Source of the DNA: an uncultured Gemmatimonadales bacterium
Lineage (GTDB): Bacteria > Gemmatimonadota > Gemmatimonadetes > Gemmatimonadales > Gemmatimonadaceae
Reading direction: 5' to 3'
Length of the DNA: 64,000 bases
Assembly (NCBI GenBank): GCA_963707505.1
Contig: CAVPQB010000003.1
Span: 480,001 to 544,000 of the forward strand
Shown here: one piece after another, positions 11,187-21,958 of the stretch
Position numbering within the stretch: the stretch's first letter is position 1
How the letters are laid out: every line of letters starts with the position of its first letter
Translations under genes and position numbers: made by a program
Notes under the pieces: model-generated
Told to the model about the DNA's origin: nothing
Databases searched by the model: none
What the model saw: the letters and a program-made list of their open reading frames with translations, nothing else

Positions 11187-11720
11187 TCATTGTACGGCCG
11201 GGCCCTGGCCGGGATCCTTCGACCCGCTATTCGAGTCTACGATTCCGGTTGCGTGGAGCACGCCGATAACTGCGATTAATGCCGCAACAATCCCAAACGC
11301 CGCGACAGTTGTTTTTGATTGTGAAAACTGCTTCGTAGCTACGCTGGTAATTGCGTTGCGTGGAATGCCCACCGTACCGCCCGGGAATCCCGTTGCACTC
11401 CCGTTCAGGAAGTCCACGTGATTTACGCTCACGCGGAGCACGCTATCCGTGACTGCGACGACATTGCCCTCGAGCTTGGCTACGTCATCACCGAGGTCGT
11501 TCGTCAATGCAACGCGACCAACGTTGTTCACGACTACTTCAACATCCTGACCAGCCGCGAGATCCGACGGCGCCTTCAAGTTGTACGTGTAACACGCCGT
11601 CGTGGAAATCAGGGCAGTGATACCCAGGGACGCAGTAGCAGCCGTGAGGCTGCGTGGCGCTTGACGCGCCACGCAGCTCACGGTACGGAGCAGAGCTCTT
11701 GCGATGCTTGAGCGATTCAC
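11187..11720 (-). CDS. Hypothetical lipoprotein, paralog of 38906-39355
   Basis: STTA-C-YTY lipobox-like site, LEGNVVAVTDS, IPR, and a C-terminal hydrophobic helix. Confidence 0.75.
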   Translation of the reverse strand: MNRSSIARALLRTVSCVARQAPRSLTAATASLGITALISTTACYTYNLKAPSDLAAGQDVEVVVNNVGRVALTNDLGDDVAKLEGNVVAVTDSVLRVSVNHVDFLNGSATGFPGGTVGIPRNAITSVATKQFSQSKTTVAAFGIVAALIAVIGVLHATGIVDSNSGSKDPGQGPAVQ

Positions 11721-11729
11721 GTAGCGCCG

Positions 11730-13466
11730 CTAGTAGCCGTACGATCCGAGCGCGGCAGCATCCTTGCCGCCCGGACCACCAGTGGTCCATGAGTGCGCAC
11801 TACGAACGTCCGTCTCCTGGAAAGGAACCGGGAAATCAAGAGCGGTATACTGCGCGAGATCGCCCCAGCCGCGACTATCGAAGAACCAGGCGCCAAGGTA
11901 GGTGTAAGCCGTTTCCATGCGCTTCTCCCACTTCATCGCTTCCATGATGTTTCCGCACGTTGCGTGAGCGAAATCCGGTCCGGTTGGGACACGGGGGACA
12001 CACGAGTTTGCGGCGGTACCGGTCGCGATCGGCTGTGTTGCGCTAGTAATGCCGGTAAGCGGCGGCAAGTTGCCGTTCGCTACACGGGTGACATTGATCT
12101 TCGCCATGGCGTTTGCAAAGTCGCCGGTTCGGATATATCCCTCTGCTGCCAACAGGTCCAGTTCCGCTCGCGTCATTATTGGATACGGACCTGTGCGCCC
12201 ACCGTCGTTCCAGAGCTGGAAGCGGTAGAAGTCATACTGTGACAGGTTCCAGGCATCACCCGACGGATCGCTCGCGCGACGATTGCGGAAGTAGAGATTT
12301 GAGCGTGGCGGCTGCTGCGCAGTCCCCGCGCCTGAATTCGCCTGCTGCGTCGCACGATCGTCGCCGGCGGGGAACCGCTGGTCGGCTGTGCGGATGATAA
12401 ACGCATATCGGCTTCCGAGCGACGTCGCGATCCACGCGTCGTAGCAGTTACCGGCGTTCGGGTTGCCCTGACTCGCGGCGGTGCACCCCGCCCGGACGCT
12501 ATCAGCCATGCCGATGATCATCGGGCTCTGCTGAGCCCACGTGTCGAACAGATAGTGTTGTTCGTCGCCGACACGCCACGGTGAGGTGGAAGTCATCGTT
12601 ACGTTGAGATCCTTCGGAAGAGCAGCGTTCGCGTCTGCTATGACCTTGCTCCAGTCGACTGCGGCGCGATCCGCTGGTGTGCGCGCTACTTCTGCCCGGA
12701 AGCGTGCCTTGTAGCCACGAACCATCTGGATGAATTGCGCGGCGGTGAGTGGGTTGCCGTTAATCCACGTACCGGGCAGAGTGAATCCAGCACCGCCGCC
12801 GGCACCGTTTGGTGCGCTGCCCAGCGCGATAGCACGCGTGGCCGCTGCGATCGCCGAGTCCATCTGCGAAAGGATAACTGGCATTGCATCGATTCCGCCG
12901 ACGAACTTGGTCGGAGGCTTGCCGATGGTGTCGTTTTCAGTCACGATCGACAGCGAATCGTATGCAATGGCGACCGTCGCATTGCCGAATGCCATCGCAA
13001 AGTACGCGAAGGCACGAGCGCGAAGATCCTGCTGAGCACTACCAAGTGTAAAGCCGGACGAATTCAGCTGAACCAGGCCGTTAGCCGCGGTACGCGCGGC
13101 GCGCTGGCTTCCCTGGTAATTGTATGCGTTGTTACCGTTGTACGTATCGCCGCTGTTGTTGGCGATAGGCGAGCGCGGGATACTTCCGCGCGGACCCAGA
13201 GCATCATTGGCAAGAGACGATGAATTCTCGAATGCCATCGTCAGCAATGCCGGCTCGATGTGTCCAGCTATGCCTGAGCCCCCGGTCGCGCCCTGCGCCG
13301 AGTTGTAGGCCGAGCCGAAGGAGTTTCCAATGACAGTTTCCACGTCGCCGGGACGCGCAAGCACGCGCGCGACGTCGGGATTATTCAAGTTAGGTGCGGT
13401 CACCTGGTCGCCGGCGCATGCGCCGAGGCCAGTCACCGCGACAGCGATATAAAACAGCTTTCGCAT
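11730..13466 (-). CDS. SusD/RagB-like lipoprotein (locus 1)
   Basis: Lipobox LGAC, NxNNPD, AELDLLAAEG, WEKRMET, FFDSRGWG; directly downstream of susC. Confidence 0.85.
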   Translation of the reverse strand: MRKLFYIAVAVTGLGACAGDQVTAPNLNNPDVARVLARPGDVETVIGNSFGSAYNSAQGATGGSGIAGHIEPALLTMAFENSSSLANDALGPRGSIPRSPIANNSGDTYNGNNAYNYQGSQRAARTAANGLVQLNSSGFTLGSAQQDLRARAFAYFAMAFGNATVAIAYDSLSIVTENDTIGKPPTKFVGGIDAMPVILSQMDSAIAAATRAIALGSAPNGAGGGAGFTLPGTWINGNPLTAAQFIQMVRGYKARFRAEVARTPADRAAVDWSKVIADANAALPKDLNVTMTSTSPWRVGDEQHYLFDTWAQQSPMIIGMADSVRAGCTAASQGNPNAGNCYDAWIATSLGSRYAFIIRTADQRFPAGDDRATQQANSGAGTAQQPPRSNLYFRNRRASDPSGDAWNLSQYDFYRFQLWNDGGRTGPYPIMTRAELDLLAAEGYIRTGDFANAMAKINVTRVANGNLPPLTGITSATQPIATGTAANSCVPRVPTGPDFAHATCGNIMEAMKWEKRMETAYTYLGAWFFDSRGWGDLAQYTALDFPVPFQETDVRSAHSWTTGGPGGKDAAALGSYGY

Positions 13467-13482
13467 TCTCTCCTCATGGGTA

Positions 13483-13508
13483 CCCTGACGGGCGTGAGCC
13501 CGTCAGGG
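13483..13508. promoter_or_regulatory. Intercistronic stem-loop between susC1 and susD1
   Basis: CCCTGACGGGC-GTGA-GCCCGTCAGGG; 11-bp stem, no U tract. Confidence 0.6.
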
Positions 13509-13518
13509 ATTCGCGGTT

Positions 13519-16500
13519 TTAGAAGTTCGTGGACAGTGACAACGTGAACGTCCGCAGGTTCGGGAACTGGTAGGCATCGACGGCGTTGAGCACCGCTGAT
13601 CCTGGCGAGTTCGCGCTGGCGCCGCCGGTGCCTGATACAGCACCGAAGCCCACTTCTGGATCGAAGCCTGTGTACTTGGTCCACGTCTTGAGGTTGCGAC
13701 CGGTACCGGAAATCGACCAGTCGCCGCCCAACCGGCCAAATGCACCGATGTGGAATGCGACTGTTGCTTCACGAAGCTTCACAAAGCTTGCATCTTCAGT
13801 CACTGCGCTATTCGGCCCGAGGATATCGTAAAGTCCTCCGGTGCCCGATCCGTTGTCAGGAAGCGCAGCGCGGTAGTAGTAGCCGAGTGGCTTTGCAGTG
13901 GACACATCCTTACCCGTCTGTTGATCGTCGACAGACAGGAAGTCCAGGAAGCCCCATCCGCGGCCCTGGTTGTAGACGCTGCGTCCCTTGGATGCATCGA
14001 ACAGCACCGATGCACTCAGACGCTTGTAACTCGCGTTCTGGCCAATGCTCCACCGATATGTCGGAAGCGCATGACCGAGGGCTACGATCTTCGCGGCGCC
14101 TGTGGAGTCACGCTCGACCATCGGCATGCCCCAGTTGATTACCTGCGCCGTGTTGAAGTGAGTCGCATCGCCGCCCGAAGCCGCAGAGAAGTACTGGCTA
14201 TTCAGCGGGAGACGCGCCTGCCACAGATTCTTCGTTACGCCGTCCGCGGGCGTATTTCCAGCGCCCGTCCAGACGACGTAGCCATCGCTATTTCTCTGGA
14301 AGTCCTTACCGGCGCCGCACGACCCCTGTGCGGCCGTCGGAAGCTCGCCGCAGCTGGTGATGAACTTACGTCCATAGAACGTGCCGTACTCCTCGCCCTG
14401 ACGGACGAAGAAGAGGGCGTTTGTTCCCTGCGCCGACGCACCTGCGGTAAACGCAGGAACATTGAGCTTGGTGATCTTGGACTTCGCACGGTCGTAGCTC
14501 AAACGCGTCGAAGTAGTGAAGTCCGTGTTATTGACCCACGGAATGTTGACGGACGCTTCAAACGACCTGCCGGCGAGCGTACCTGCGTTCTGGTACTGCT
14601 GTGAATAGCCGTAGTATGAAGCCACCGGAACTACGAGGATCTGGTCGCGAGAATCGGTTCTCGAAGACGTGACGCTGAAGCCGATTCGATGGAACAATTC
14701 GGCATCGATGCCGAGTTCCGTTTCAACAACCGTTTCTGGACGCAGGTTGCGGTTACCGAGTGTCACGGGGTTACCCACCGTTCCCGAGCCGATGGAGTAC
14801 GTCTCGTACTGTGATACGAACGCTGGACGGTTTCCTGCTGAGCCGACTGAAGCGCGCAGTTTGAACTCATCGAGCGCTGGAATGAACCACCACGGCTCCT
14901 GAGCAACACGCCACGCCAACGATCCGCGGCCGAATGTCGACCAGCGATGGCCGGCGCCGAACAGCGAGCTCGCATCTCGGCGAACGAGCGCACCAACGAT
15001 GTAACGGTCCTTCCAGTCCACATCCTCGCTGAGGTAGTAGCCGAGGCCGCGAACCGTCGTGAGAGTTGAGCCGACGGTCTGCGACGGCGTGCCAGACGGG
15101 GTCGAGCCGATATTAGCCGCGTTTGGAAGACCGACGACAGCCAGCCAATTTCCAGACAAAACCTGATAGTTGTAATCGGTTCGGTCAAAGAGATAGCGCA
15201 AGCTGGTGCGCGTATTGAGATCGGTCAGGAAGGTATGTGTCGCGATCGCGTCAGCGCTTGCATTGTACTGCTGCTGCGCTTCTGCGCGACGAGCGAGGAA
15301 GCCCGAATTGGACGTACCGGCCGGGCCGGTAGTCGTACGATAGCCCTTGTCCTGGAAGGAAATGGCCGTAGCTGCCGTTCCGTCGTAGCTGAAGTTGAAA
15401 TTCATCGCCAACCACGTGAGCGGACGCCACTGTGCCGTGCTTCCGCCAGTAAACCGGTTGGTTGCGGTAGTCTGGGCGTAATTCTGAAGCTCGTAAAGCG
15501 GATTGAAATTCTGCGATCCACCGCCCTGCAGATTAGGCCGGATGTAGAGGCGACCGAACTGATCGACCGCGTCCAGATTGACGATCGGTGGCGTGCGGGT
15601 AAGCCGGAAGAACGCTGCGCCGCCATCTTCTTCCTGATAGCCGTCCTTCGTGTCGTGCGCGAAGGCGCTCGTGACATCGAAGTTCCAGTTATCGGTTGTA
15701 CGGCCGGCGTTGAGGCGTGCCGTTGCGCGCTGGAATCCGTTCAGATACTTGATCGCACCACGCTGCTGCGTGTAGTTACCGCTTGCGAACATCGTATTCG
15801 GTCCGCTCTTGCCACGGATTTCGACGTTCTGCTGAACGTACGGCTTGGGCTCGACGAACTGACCGACTGCGTCGTAGTTCGTGCCCGGCCATTTATCGAT
15901 CTGGAACGTGTTCTTCAGCGCGGACCCCGTCACCGTCGAACCCGGATCAACCGGGAACGTGGGTGGCGTCTGCGCGAAGACGTCGGGATAGCTGTTGATG
16001 AAATTCGCAACACTCGCATAGTCGATCGAGCGAGCGCAGCTGTTGGACGCGAACGTTCCGGTTGCAGGTGCTGCGTACGCGCCAGATACGTTGATGCAGA
16101 AGCGCGTAGCGGTCGGATCCATGCGCATTGCAGTGGTCTGCGCGATCGGCAGCTTGCGCTCGATGTCGCTGGTACCGTAATCGGTACGGAACGCAGTGTG
16201 GAAGCCGTCGGCTCCCGCCTTGCCCGTCTTGGTAGTGATGGAAATGACGCCGTTACCAGCGCGCGTGCCGTACAGCGATGCCGCTGCGGCGCCCTTGATG
16301 ACTTCGATGTTATCGATGTCGTTGGGGTTGATGCCGCCGAGGCCGCCGCCGCCGGTGGCGGACATCTGGTCACCCAGAATGATTCCGTCGACTACGTACA
16401 AGGGCGCAGTTCCGCGTCCCTGGGTCGCGATGGAGGTCGGTGCACGAAGCAGGATAGCTGGCGGCGCACCAGGACGGCCAGAAGCCGACGTGATGTTGGC

Positions 16501-16992
16501 GCCTGGAACCTTGCCCTCGAGTGCGGCCAGAGGATCGGTGGCTGCCGTCTTGGTCAGGTCCGCAGCATCGACGCGCGTGATGTTGAACGCGAGCTTCTTC
16601 TGCTCGGTTCCCGCGGTGACACCTGCAACCACGACCTCACTCAACCGGTTGATGTCCTGCCTGAGCTTGAAGTCGATAGTCTGCGAAGTCGCAGTAGTGA
16701 TCTTGCTGGTCGGTGTAAAGCCGATCGCGCGGGCACGCACCGTAACACTGGTTGCTCCGCGAAGACGCGCGGGGGTAAGTGTCACCGTGTAGTGACCAGC
16801 TGCATCGGTCGCCACAGAGACGTTCAACTCGTTGATGTACACGTTCGCGTTCGCGAGCTTCTGGCCCTGCTCAGAAGTCACCGTTCCGCTTATAACAACC
16901 TGAGCCTGGGCTTTAGCAAAGCCACTTACGGCTAACATCGCGAAGGCTACCAACCCTTTTCGCAATATCGGCATCAAACCAGTGCGCCTCAT
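13519..16992 (-). CDS. SusC/RagA-family TonB-dependent receptor (locus 1, intact)
   Basis: Signal peptide, N-terminal carboxypeptidase-regulatory-like domain, plug motif IEVIKGAAAASLYGTRAGNGVISITTK, YTGFDPE, C-terminal F. Start chosen after SD-like GGGAGAG. Confidence 0.92.
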   Translation of the reverse strand: MRRTGLMPILRKGLVAFAMLAVSGFAKAQAQVVISGTVTSEQGQKLANANVYINELNVSVATDAAGHYTVTLTPARLRGATSVTVRARAIGFTPTSKITTATSQTIDFKLRQDINRLSEVVVAGVTAGTEQKKLAFNITRVDAADLTKTAATDPLAALEGKVPGANITSASGRPGAPPAILLRAPTSIATQGRGTAPLYVVDGIILGDQMSATGGGGLGGINPNDIDNIEVIKGAAAASLYGTRAGNGVISITTKTGKAGADGFHTAFRTDYGTSDIERKLPIAQTTAMRMDPTATRFCINVSGAYAAPATGTFASNSCARSIDYASVANFINSYPDVFAQTPPTFPVDPGSTVTGSALKNTFQIDKWPGTNYDAVGQFVEPKPYVQQNVEIRGKSGPNTMFASGNYTQQRGAIKYLNGFQRATARLNAGRTTDNWNFDVTSAFAHDTKDGYQEEDGGAAFFRLTRTPPIVNLDAVDQFGRLYIRPNLQGGGSQNFNPLYELQNYAQTTATNRFTGGSTAQWRPLTWLAMNFNFSYDGTAATAISFQDKGYRTTTGPAGTSNSGFLARRAEAQQQYNASADAIATHTFLTDLNTRTSLRYLFDRTDYNYQVLSGNWLAVVGLPNAANIGSTPSGTPSQTVGSTLTTVRGLGYYLSEDVDWKDRYIVGALVRRDASSLFGAGHRWSTFGRGSLAWRVAQEPWWFIPALDEFKLRASVGSAGNRPAFVSQYETYSIGSGTVGNPVTLGNRNLRPETVVETELGIDAELFHRIGFSVTSSRTDSRDQILVVPVASYYGYSQQYQNAGTLAGRSFEASVNIPWVNNTDFTTSTRLSYDRAKSKITKLNVPAFTAGASAQGTNALFFVRQGEEYGTFYGRKFITSCGELPTAAQGSCGAGKDFQRNSDGYVVWTGAGNTPADGVTKNLWQARLPLNSQYFSAASGGDATHFNTAQVINWGMPMVERDSTGAAKIVALGHALPTYRWSIGQNASYKRLSASVLFDASKGRSVYNQGRGWGFLDFLSVDDQQTGKDVSTAKPLGYYYRAALPDNGSGTGGLYDILGPNSAVTEDASFVKLREATVAFHIGAFGRLGGDWSISGTGRNLKTWTKYTGFDPEVGFGAVSGTGGASANSPGSAVLNAVDAYQFPNLRTFTLSLSTNF

Positions 16993-17233
16993 TCCACTCT
17001 CCCTGCAGATGGGTTCCATGCGACACTCCATAGCCGCGCAACGACAGACCAGCGAGTCAACGGAAATCCTCCGGAAACGGGTTGCGGTTACAACAACGCG
17101 ACGGAACTACTGCCGGGCAAAGGAGTACCACTCCGTCTGACAGTGAGTGTCAACGGTACGCTTCACCCTGCCGGAAGGCTTATCCAGCCGTCCGGATCTT
17201 TTTGCGTGCTTATTGGTTCTTTATGCAGCCCCT

Positions 17234-17261
17234 ACGTTACGGCATAAAGAGTGGGTGTCAA
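17234..17261 (-). promoter_or_regulatory. Putative sigma70 promoter for susC1 (TTGACA-N16-TAACGT)
   Basis: Minus strand reads TTGACA CCCACTCTTTATGCCG TAACGT; overlapped by two inverted repeats. Confidence 0.55.
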
Positions 17262-17324
17262 TGTAAGGATTATTGACACAATATTAAGAACACGCTAATT
17301 ATTTGGGGACTTTATGGCCGGTAT

Positions 17325-18431
17325 CTACCGGGCGGCCGCTCTCACTGCCGCGAATGGATCCTTTGGATTGCGCTTCGCCACGACGATTATCTGGCGAATC
17401 GTCAACCTCAAATCGTAGTGGTTTCGGGCCCACAACAAGTCGAACATGTCGAGCCCGCTGCCGTAGATCCGGCGCGCCAGAAGCGCCGCGTTGTCGAGCT
17501 TCACGCGCTGCGCGTACAGGGGAGAAATCGTGCTGAGTCGCGGGGCGATGCTGTCCACCAGAACTCTACGGGCTGAACCGTAAATCTCCTCTCGCGCGGA
17601 GAGCCGCGCGGCCCTGTCATTCGGGTGCGCCCTGAACGCTGAATCCAGCGTATGGCTCAAGCCGCTCCAGAACGCGCCCAACAACTTGTCGTCCGCCCAC
17701 CGGGCATCCACGCGGGCAGCAGATGCAGAGTCCCCGCGCGATCTGAACAGGGCGGCGGCGCCTCGCGCCCCCACAAAACTCGCGAACGACTCGTTGAACG
17801 GCACCGAGCCGGGGGCGTAATAGGTGTTGTGCGTCACCTCGTGGATCACGGTATTGGCCAGCTCCAGCGAATCGGCGCTCAGAGTCGTGTTGAGCAACGG
17901 GTCGTTGAAAAAGCCGAGCGTACTGAAGGCTGATGACGGCCTGAGATAGACGTCGAAGCCCTGGGACGCCAGATCCGCCGCCGCGCGGCGAGCGGCACCA
18001 AAATCAAAAAATCCCTTGTAGGGCACGCGCCCCACGACCGGGAACCACCACGTATAGGGTACCAGCCGGTCGCGGTAGGCCGCCGAGAGCACGAGGACCA
18101 GGGTATCGTGCTCGACGTGGGAGTAGGTGGTGAAGCTCTCGCCGGTGTTGAGCCCCAGGGAATCGTGCGCGTACTTCCGAGCCGCCTCCACGATCGTGAG
18201 CTTGGCCTTCACCGCGGCCGGGGTGCGTGGATCGGCGATCATTGCCGCTATGGGCCGCCGACGGCTCAGGATCCGGGCCTCCTCCCAGGCACCGCGACTG
18301 AGATAACAGGCCGTGGGCCCGACGACGATCAGGGCCGCTCCCACGATCACAATTACGACCGGAAGCAAGGCCTTGCGCAGCACTCTTTTGAGCGATGGAG
18401 AACTCGTCCCCGGTGCCCCTTCTAGGCGCAT
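17325..18431 (-). CDS. Putative zinc aminopeptidase (DUF2265/Aminopep-like), exported
   Basis: WWFPVVGRVPYKGFF, AFSTLGFFNDP, HEVTH...FNES zincin motif. Start uncertain. Confidence 0.85.
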   Translation of the reverse strand: MRLEGAPGTSSPSLKRVLRKALLPVVIVIVGAALIVVGPTACYLSRGAWEEARILSRRRPIAAMIADPRTPAAVKAKLTIVEAARKYAHDSLGLNTGESFTTYSHVEHDTLVLVLSAAYRDRLVPYTWWFPVVGRVPYKGFFDFGAARRAAADLASQGFDVYLRPSSAFSTLGFFNDPLLNTTLSADSLELANTVIHEVTHNTYYAPGSVPFNESFASFVGARGAAALFRSRGDSASAARVDARWADDKLLGAFWSGLSHTLDSAFRAHPNDRAARLSAREEIYGSARRVLVDSIAPRLSTISPLYAQRVKLDNAALLARRIYGSGLDMFDLLWARNHYDLRLTIRQIIVVAKRNPKDPFAAVRAAAR

Positions 18432-18454
18432 GGACGGGTGCCTATCCTTAACGA

Positions 18455-21400
18455 GTGTCCTTCGTTCATCTCCACTGTCACTCAGAATATTCCCTGCTCG
18501 ATGGCGCGAATCGCATCGAGGACCTTATCGCCCGTGCGCTCGAATTCGAGCAGCCGGCGCTGGCCATAACCGACCACGGGAACATGCATGCCGCCTGGGA
18601 ATTCCAGGAGCGGGCCAAGAAGGCGGGCATCAAGCCCATACTCGGCATGGAGGCGTACGTAGCGCCCGGCGACCGGCGGTCGAGACAACGCATTGAAAGT
18701 ACACGGGGCGGAACCTCCAAATCCCGGGCGTATTACCATCTGATATTGCTGGCCCAGAATGCGACCGGGTACAAGAATCTAGTCAAGCTGTCGTCGCTGG
18801 GTTACACGGAGGGCTTCTACTCCAAGCCGCGTGTGGACCGGGAGCTGCTGGCGCGTTACAGCGAGGGGATCGTAGTCTCGTCGGCGTGCATGGCGGGCGA
18901 GGTTGCGACGCATCTGCTGGCAGAGAACTGGGACGCGGCACGCGAGACGGCTGCATGGTACGCGGAGCTGTTCAAGGACCGGTACTACCTGGAAGTACAG
19001 GCGCACGACAGCGGCGACCAGGCTCTGCTCAACGAGCGCGTGTTCAAGCTCGCGGGCGAGCTGGGGCTGCCGGTGGTTGCGACCAACGACGCGCACTTTC
19101 TGCGGCACGATGATCACGCGTCGCACGATGTGCTGCTCTGCATCGGACTGGGCAAGAACGTGTCGGATGCGAACCGCATGCACTACGACGACGGGCTCTA
19201 TTTCAAGAGCGCGGACGAGATGCGCGAGCGCTTTCCGACGCAGGGGGAAGTACTCGAGAATACGCTGCGCATTGCGGAAGAATCCGGCATCGAGTTCAAG
19301 AAGAAGTACCACGTGCCGTCGTTTCCGCTTCCAAAAGGAGTAAAGAGCGAGAACGATCTGCTCGTCAAGCTCACTGAACAGGGTGCACACGAACGATACG
19401 GTGACGTTCTCTCGCCCGAAGTCGAAACGCGCATGCGTTATGAGCTCGATGTCATAACGAAGACGGGCTACGCGGGCTACTTCCTGATCGTGTACGACTT
19501 CATCAAGGCCGCGCGCGACATGGGGATTCCGGTTGGTCCGGGGCGCGGCTCTGCGGCGGGATCACTCGTCGCGTACGCGCTCAGGATCACCAACGTCTGC
19601 CCACTCAAGTTCGACCTGCTGTTCGAGCGCTTTCTGAACCCGGAGCGCGTGTCGATGCCTGACATCGACGTCGACTTCTGCTTCGAGCGGCGTGGCGAGG
19701 TGATCGACTATGTGCGGCAGAAGTACGGACGCGATTCGGTGGGCCAGATCATCACGTTCGGTACGCTCAAGTCACGTGCAGCTGTAAAGGACGTGGGGCG
19801 CGTCCTGGGCTTCACACCGGGCGAGACTGACGCGCTCGCGAAGCTGATTCCGAATCTTCCAACTTACTCGCTGACGGTACGCGAGGCTGTCGAGAAGATT
19901 CCTGAAGTGAAGACGCTGTACACGACGGATGAGCGATACAGTGAGCTGCTCGACTACGCGATCGCGCTCGAAGGCCTGTCACGACACGCTGGGGTGCACG
20001 CCGCGGGAGTCGTGATCGCGCCGGGTCCGCTGGACAACTACGTGCCCGTTTGCACGCAATCATCAAAGGGCGCTGGAAGCCAGGGCGACGAGAGCATCGT
20101 CGTCACACAGTACGACATGAACGGGCTCGAGAAGGCTGGAATGCTCAAGATGGACTTCCTCGGCCTCACGACGCTCACGATCATCACCGACGCCGTGGCG
20201 AACGTGCGCGCGCGGGGCCGGGAGATCCGGACCTGGACGACATTCCGCTCGACGACAAGGAGACGTATCACATGCTCCGGCTCGGCAAGACGGCCGGAGT
20301 GTTTCAGTTCGAGTCTCCGCTCGCTACCGACTTGTGCGTTCACTGAGGTGCGATCGTTTCAACGATCTCGTCGCATCGAATGCGCTGATGCGCCCGGGCC
20401 GCTGGACGCGGGAATGCACAAGGTTTACATCCGTCGCAAGCGCGGCGAGGAGCCGATCACCTACGCGCTTCCTGAGCTCGAGGAGTTCCTGAACGACACG
20501 TACGGCGTGATCACGTATCAGGAGCAGGTCATGCGTATCTCGCAGAAGCTCGCGGGAATCTCGCTGGCCGAAGCTGATGTGTTGCGCAAGGCGGTGGGCA
20601 AGAAGGATGCAGAGCTCATTCGGAAGGAGCTGGGCAAGTTCATCGAGAAGGCGGTTGCGCTGGGGCATGATCGCAAGATCATCAATGAAATTGCAGCGCA
20701 GATCGAGACGTTCGGGCGCTACGGATTCAACAAGTCACACGCTGTGGCGTACTCGATCATCTCGTACCAGACGGCGTGGCTCAAGACACACTTCCCAGCG
20801 GAGTTCATGGCGGCGTTGTTGTCGTCGCAGATCGGCGACACGGACAGCGTCGTCAAGTACATCAACGAAGCGCGCGAGATCGGGCTCGAGGTGCTTCCGC
20901 CGGATGTGAACGAGTCGAACTACAAGTTCACGGTGATCGCCGACAAGAAGATACGCTTCGGGCTTGGCGCGATTCGCAACGTCGGCAAGAGCGCGATCGA
21001 ATCGATTCTCGAGGCACGCAAGGCCGGTCCGTTCACGTCGCTGTTCGATCTGTGCAACCGCGTCGATCTGCGCATGTGCAACAAGCGCGTGCTCGAGGCG
21101 ATGATTCACGCAGGCGCGCTCGACTCGCTCGGCGGCCATCGCTCGCAGCTCGTGGCGGCACTCGATACTGCCATTCGTGAAGCGTCGCTGGCGCAGGAAG
21201 ACGTCGCGAGTGGTCAGGTGTCGATGTTCGGTGAGGCGCTTGGCTCGACCTCCAAACCGGCGCACCAGACGACGCTGCCGAACGTGGCTCCGTGGCCGGA
21301 GAGCGAGCGCCTTGCAAACGAGAAGGCGATACTCGGCTTCTACACATCGGGACATCCGCTGGAGCCGTTTCGCGCGGAGTGCGAGCTGTTCTCCACACAC

Positions 21401-21949
21401 AAGGTCAGCGACCTGGGCACATGGACAGGTGAGTCGATGTCATTGTGTTGCGTGATCACGACGATCAAGCGTCAGACGAGCAAGAAGTCGGGCGCGGAAT
21501 TCGCGCGACTCACGATCGAGGATTTTTCCGGGTCGGCGGAAGTGCTCGTCTTTCCCGAGGCGTGGAGCGTGATTCACGACCAGGTGAAGGCGGACGTACC
21601 GGTCGTGATGAAGGGTGGTTATTCGAGGCGTGACGAGGGGGCGGACAACCCGACCTTCATAGTCGAGTCGGTGACCAAGCTTGCGGAGAAGCGGACCAAT
21701 GGGCAGGTAGCGGTGGCGATCGATCTGGCGCCCGGGATGCCGCTGGATCCGACCGTGATGCGGGACGTGCAGGAGGTGGTGCATGCCCATCCGGGAACGG
21801 CTCCGCTGGAGCTGCGATGGAGTGACGGCAACGGCACTGCGGCACGCTGGCGCTCGCGGTCGCTCAAGCTGTCTGCCGACGGCCTGGCGCTCAAGGAATT
21901 GAGATCGCTGCTCGGAGACGAGTGCGTTTCGGTAGTTTTAGGGACATAG
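18455..21949 (+). CDS. dnaE: DNA polymerase III alpha (compensating indels at ~20220-20400)
   Basis: PHP motif HLHCHSEYSLLDG, GPGRGSAAGS, catalytic PDIDVD, KMDFLGL, FNKSHA, C-terminal OB fold. GTG start preceded by TATCCT-6 nt. Confidence 0.97.
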   Translation: MSFVHLHCHSEYSLLDGANRIEDLIARALEFEQPALAITDHGNMHAAWEFQERAKKAGIKPILGMEAYVAPGDRRSRQRIESTRGGTSKSRAYYHLILLAQNATGYKNLVKLSSLGYTEGFYSKPRVDRELLARYSEGIVVSSACMAGEVATHLLAENWDAARETAAWYAELFKDRYYLEVQAHDSGDQALLNERVFKLAGELGLPVVATNDAHFLRHDDHASHDVLLCIGLGKNVSDANRMHYDDGLYFKSADEMRERFPTQGEVLENTLRIAEESGIEFKKKYHVPSFPLPKGVKSENDLLVKLTEQGAHERYGDVLSPEVETRMRYELDVITKTGYAGYFLIVYDFIKAARDMGIPVGPGRGSAAGSLVAYALRITNVCPLKFDLLFERFLNPERVSMPDIDVDFCFERRGEVIDYVRQKYGRDSVGQIITFGTLKSRAAVKDVGRVLGFTPGETDALAKLIPNLPTYSLTVREAVEKIPEVKTLYTTDERYSELLDYAIALEGLSRHAGVHAAGVVIAPGPLDNYVPVCTQSSKGAGSQGDESIVVTQYDMNGLEKAGMLKMDFLGLTTLTIITDAVANVRARGREIRTWTTFRSTTRRRITCSGSARRPECFSSSLRSLPTCAFTEVRSFQRSRRIECADAPGPLDAGMHKVYIRRKRGEEPITYALPELEEFLNDTYGVITYQEQVMRISQKLAGISLAEADVLRKAVGKKDAELIRKELGKFIEKAVALGHDRKIINEIAAQIETFGRYGFNKSHAVAYSIISYQTAWLKTHFPAEFMAALLSSQIGDTDSVVKYINEAREIGLEVLPPDVNESNYKFTVIADKKIRFGLGAIRNVGKSAIESILEARKAGPFTSLFDLCNRVDLRMCNKRVLEAMIHAGALDSLGGHRSQLVAALDTAIREASLAQEDVASGQVSMFGEALGSTSKPAHQTTLPNVAPWPESERLANEKAILGFYTSGHPLEPFRAECELFSTHKVSDLGTWTGESMSLCCVITTIKRQTSKKSGAEFARLTIEDFSGSAEVLVFPEAWSVIHDQVKADVPVVMKGGYSRRDEGADNPTFIVESVTKLAEKRTNGQVAVAIDLAPGMPLDPTVMRDVQEVVHAHPGTAPLELRWSDGNGTAARWRSRSLKLSADGLALKELRSLLGDECVSVVLGT

Positions 21950-21958
21950 GAGGTCCGA

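Noticed and set aside
15235..16935. Long antisense ORFs over susC and other genes
   Set aside because: Typical stop-poor shadow frames of GC-rich genes; no recognisable motifs.
20220..20400. Odd stretch in DnaE suggesting an intein or insertion
   Set aside because: The normal DnaE sequence (DIPLDDKETY...GVFQFES) is present in shifted frames; these are compensating indels with no intein motifs.
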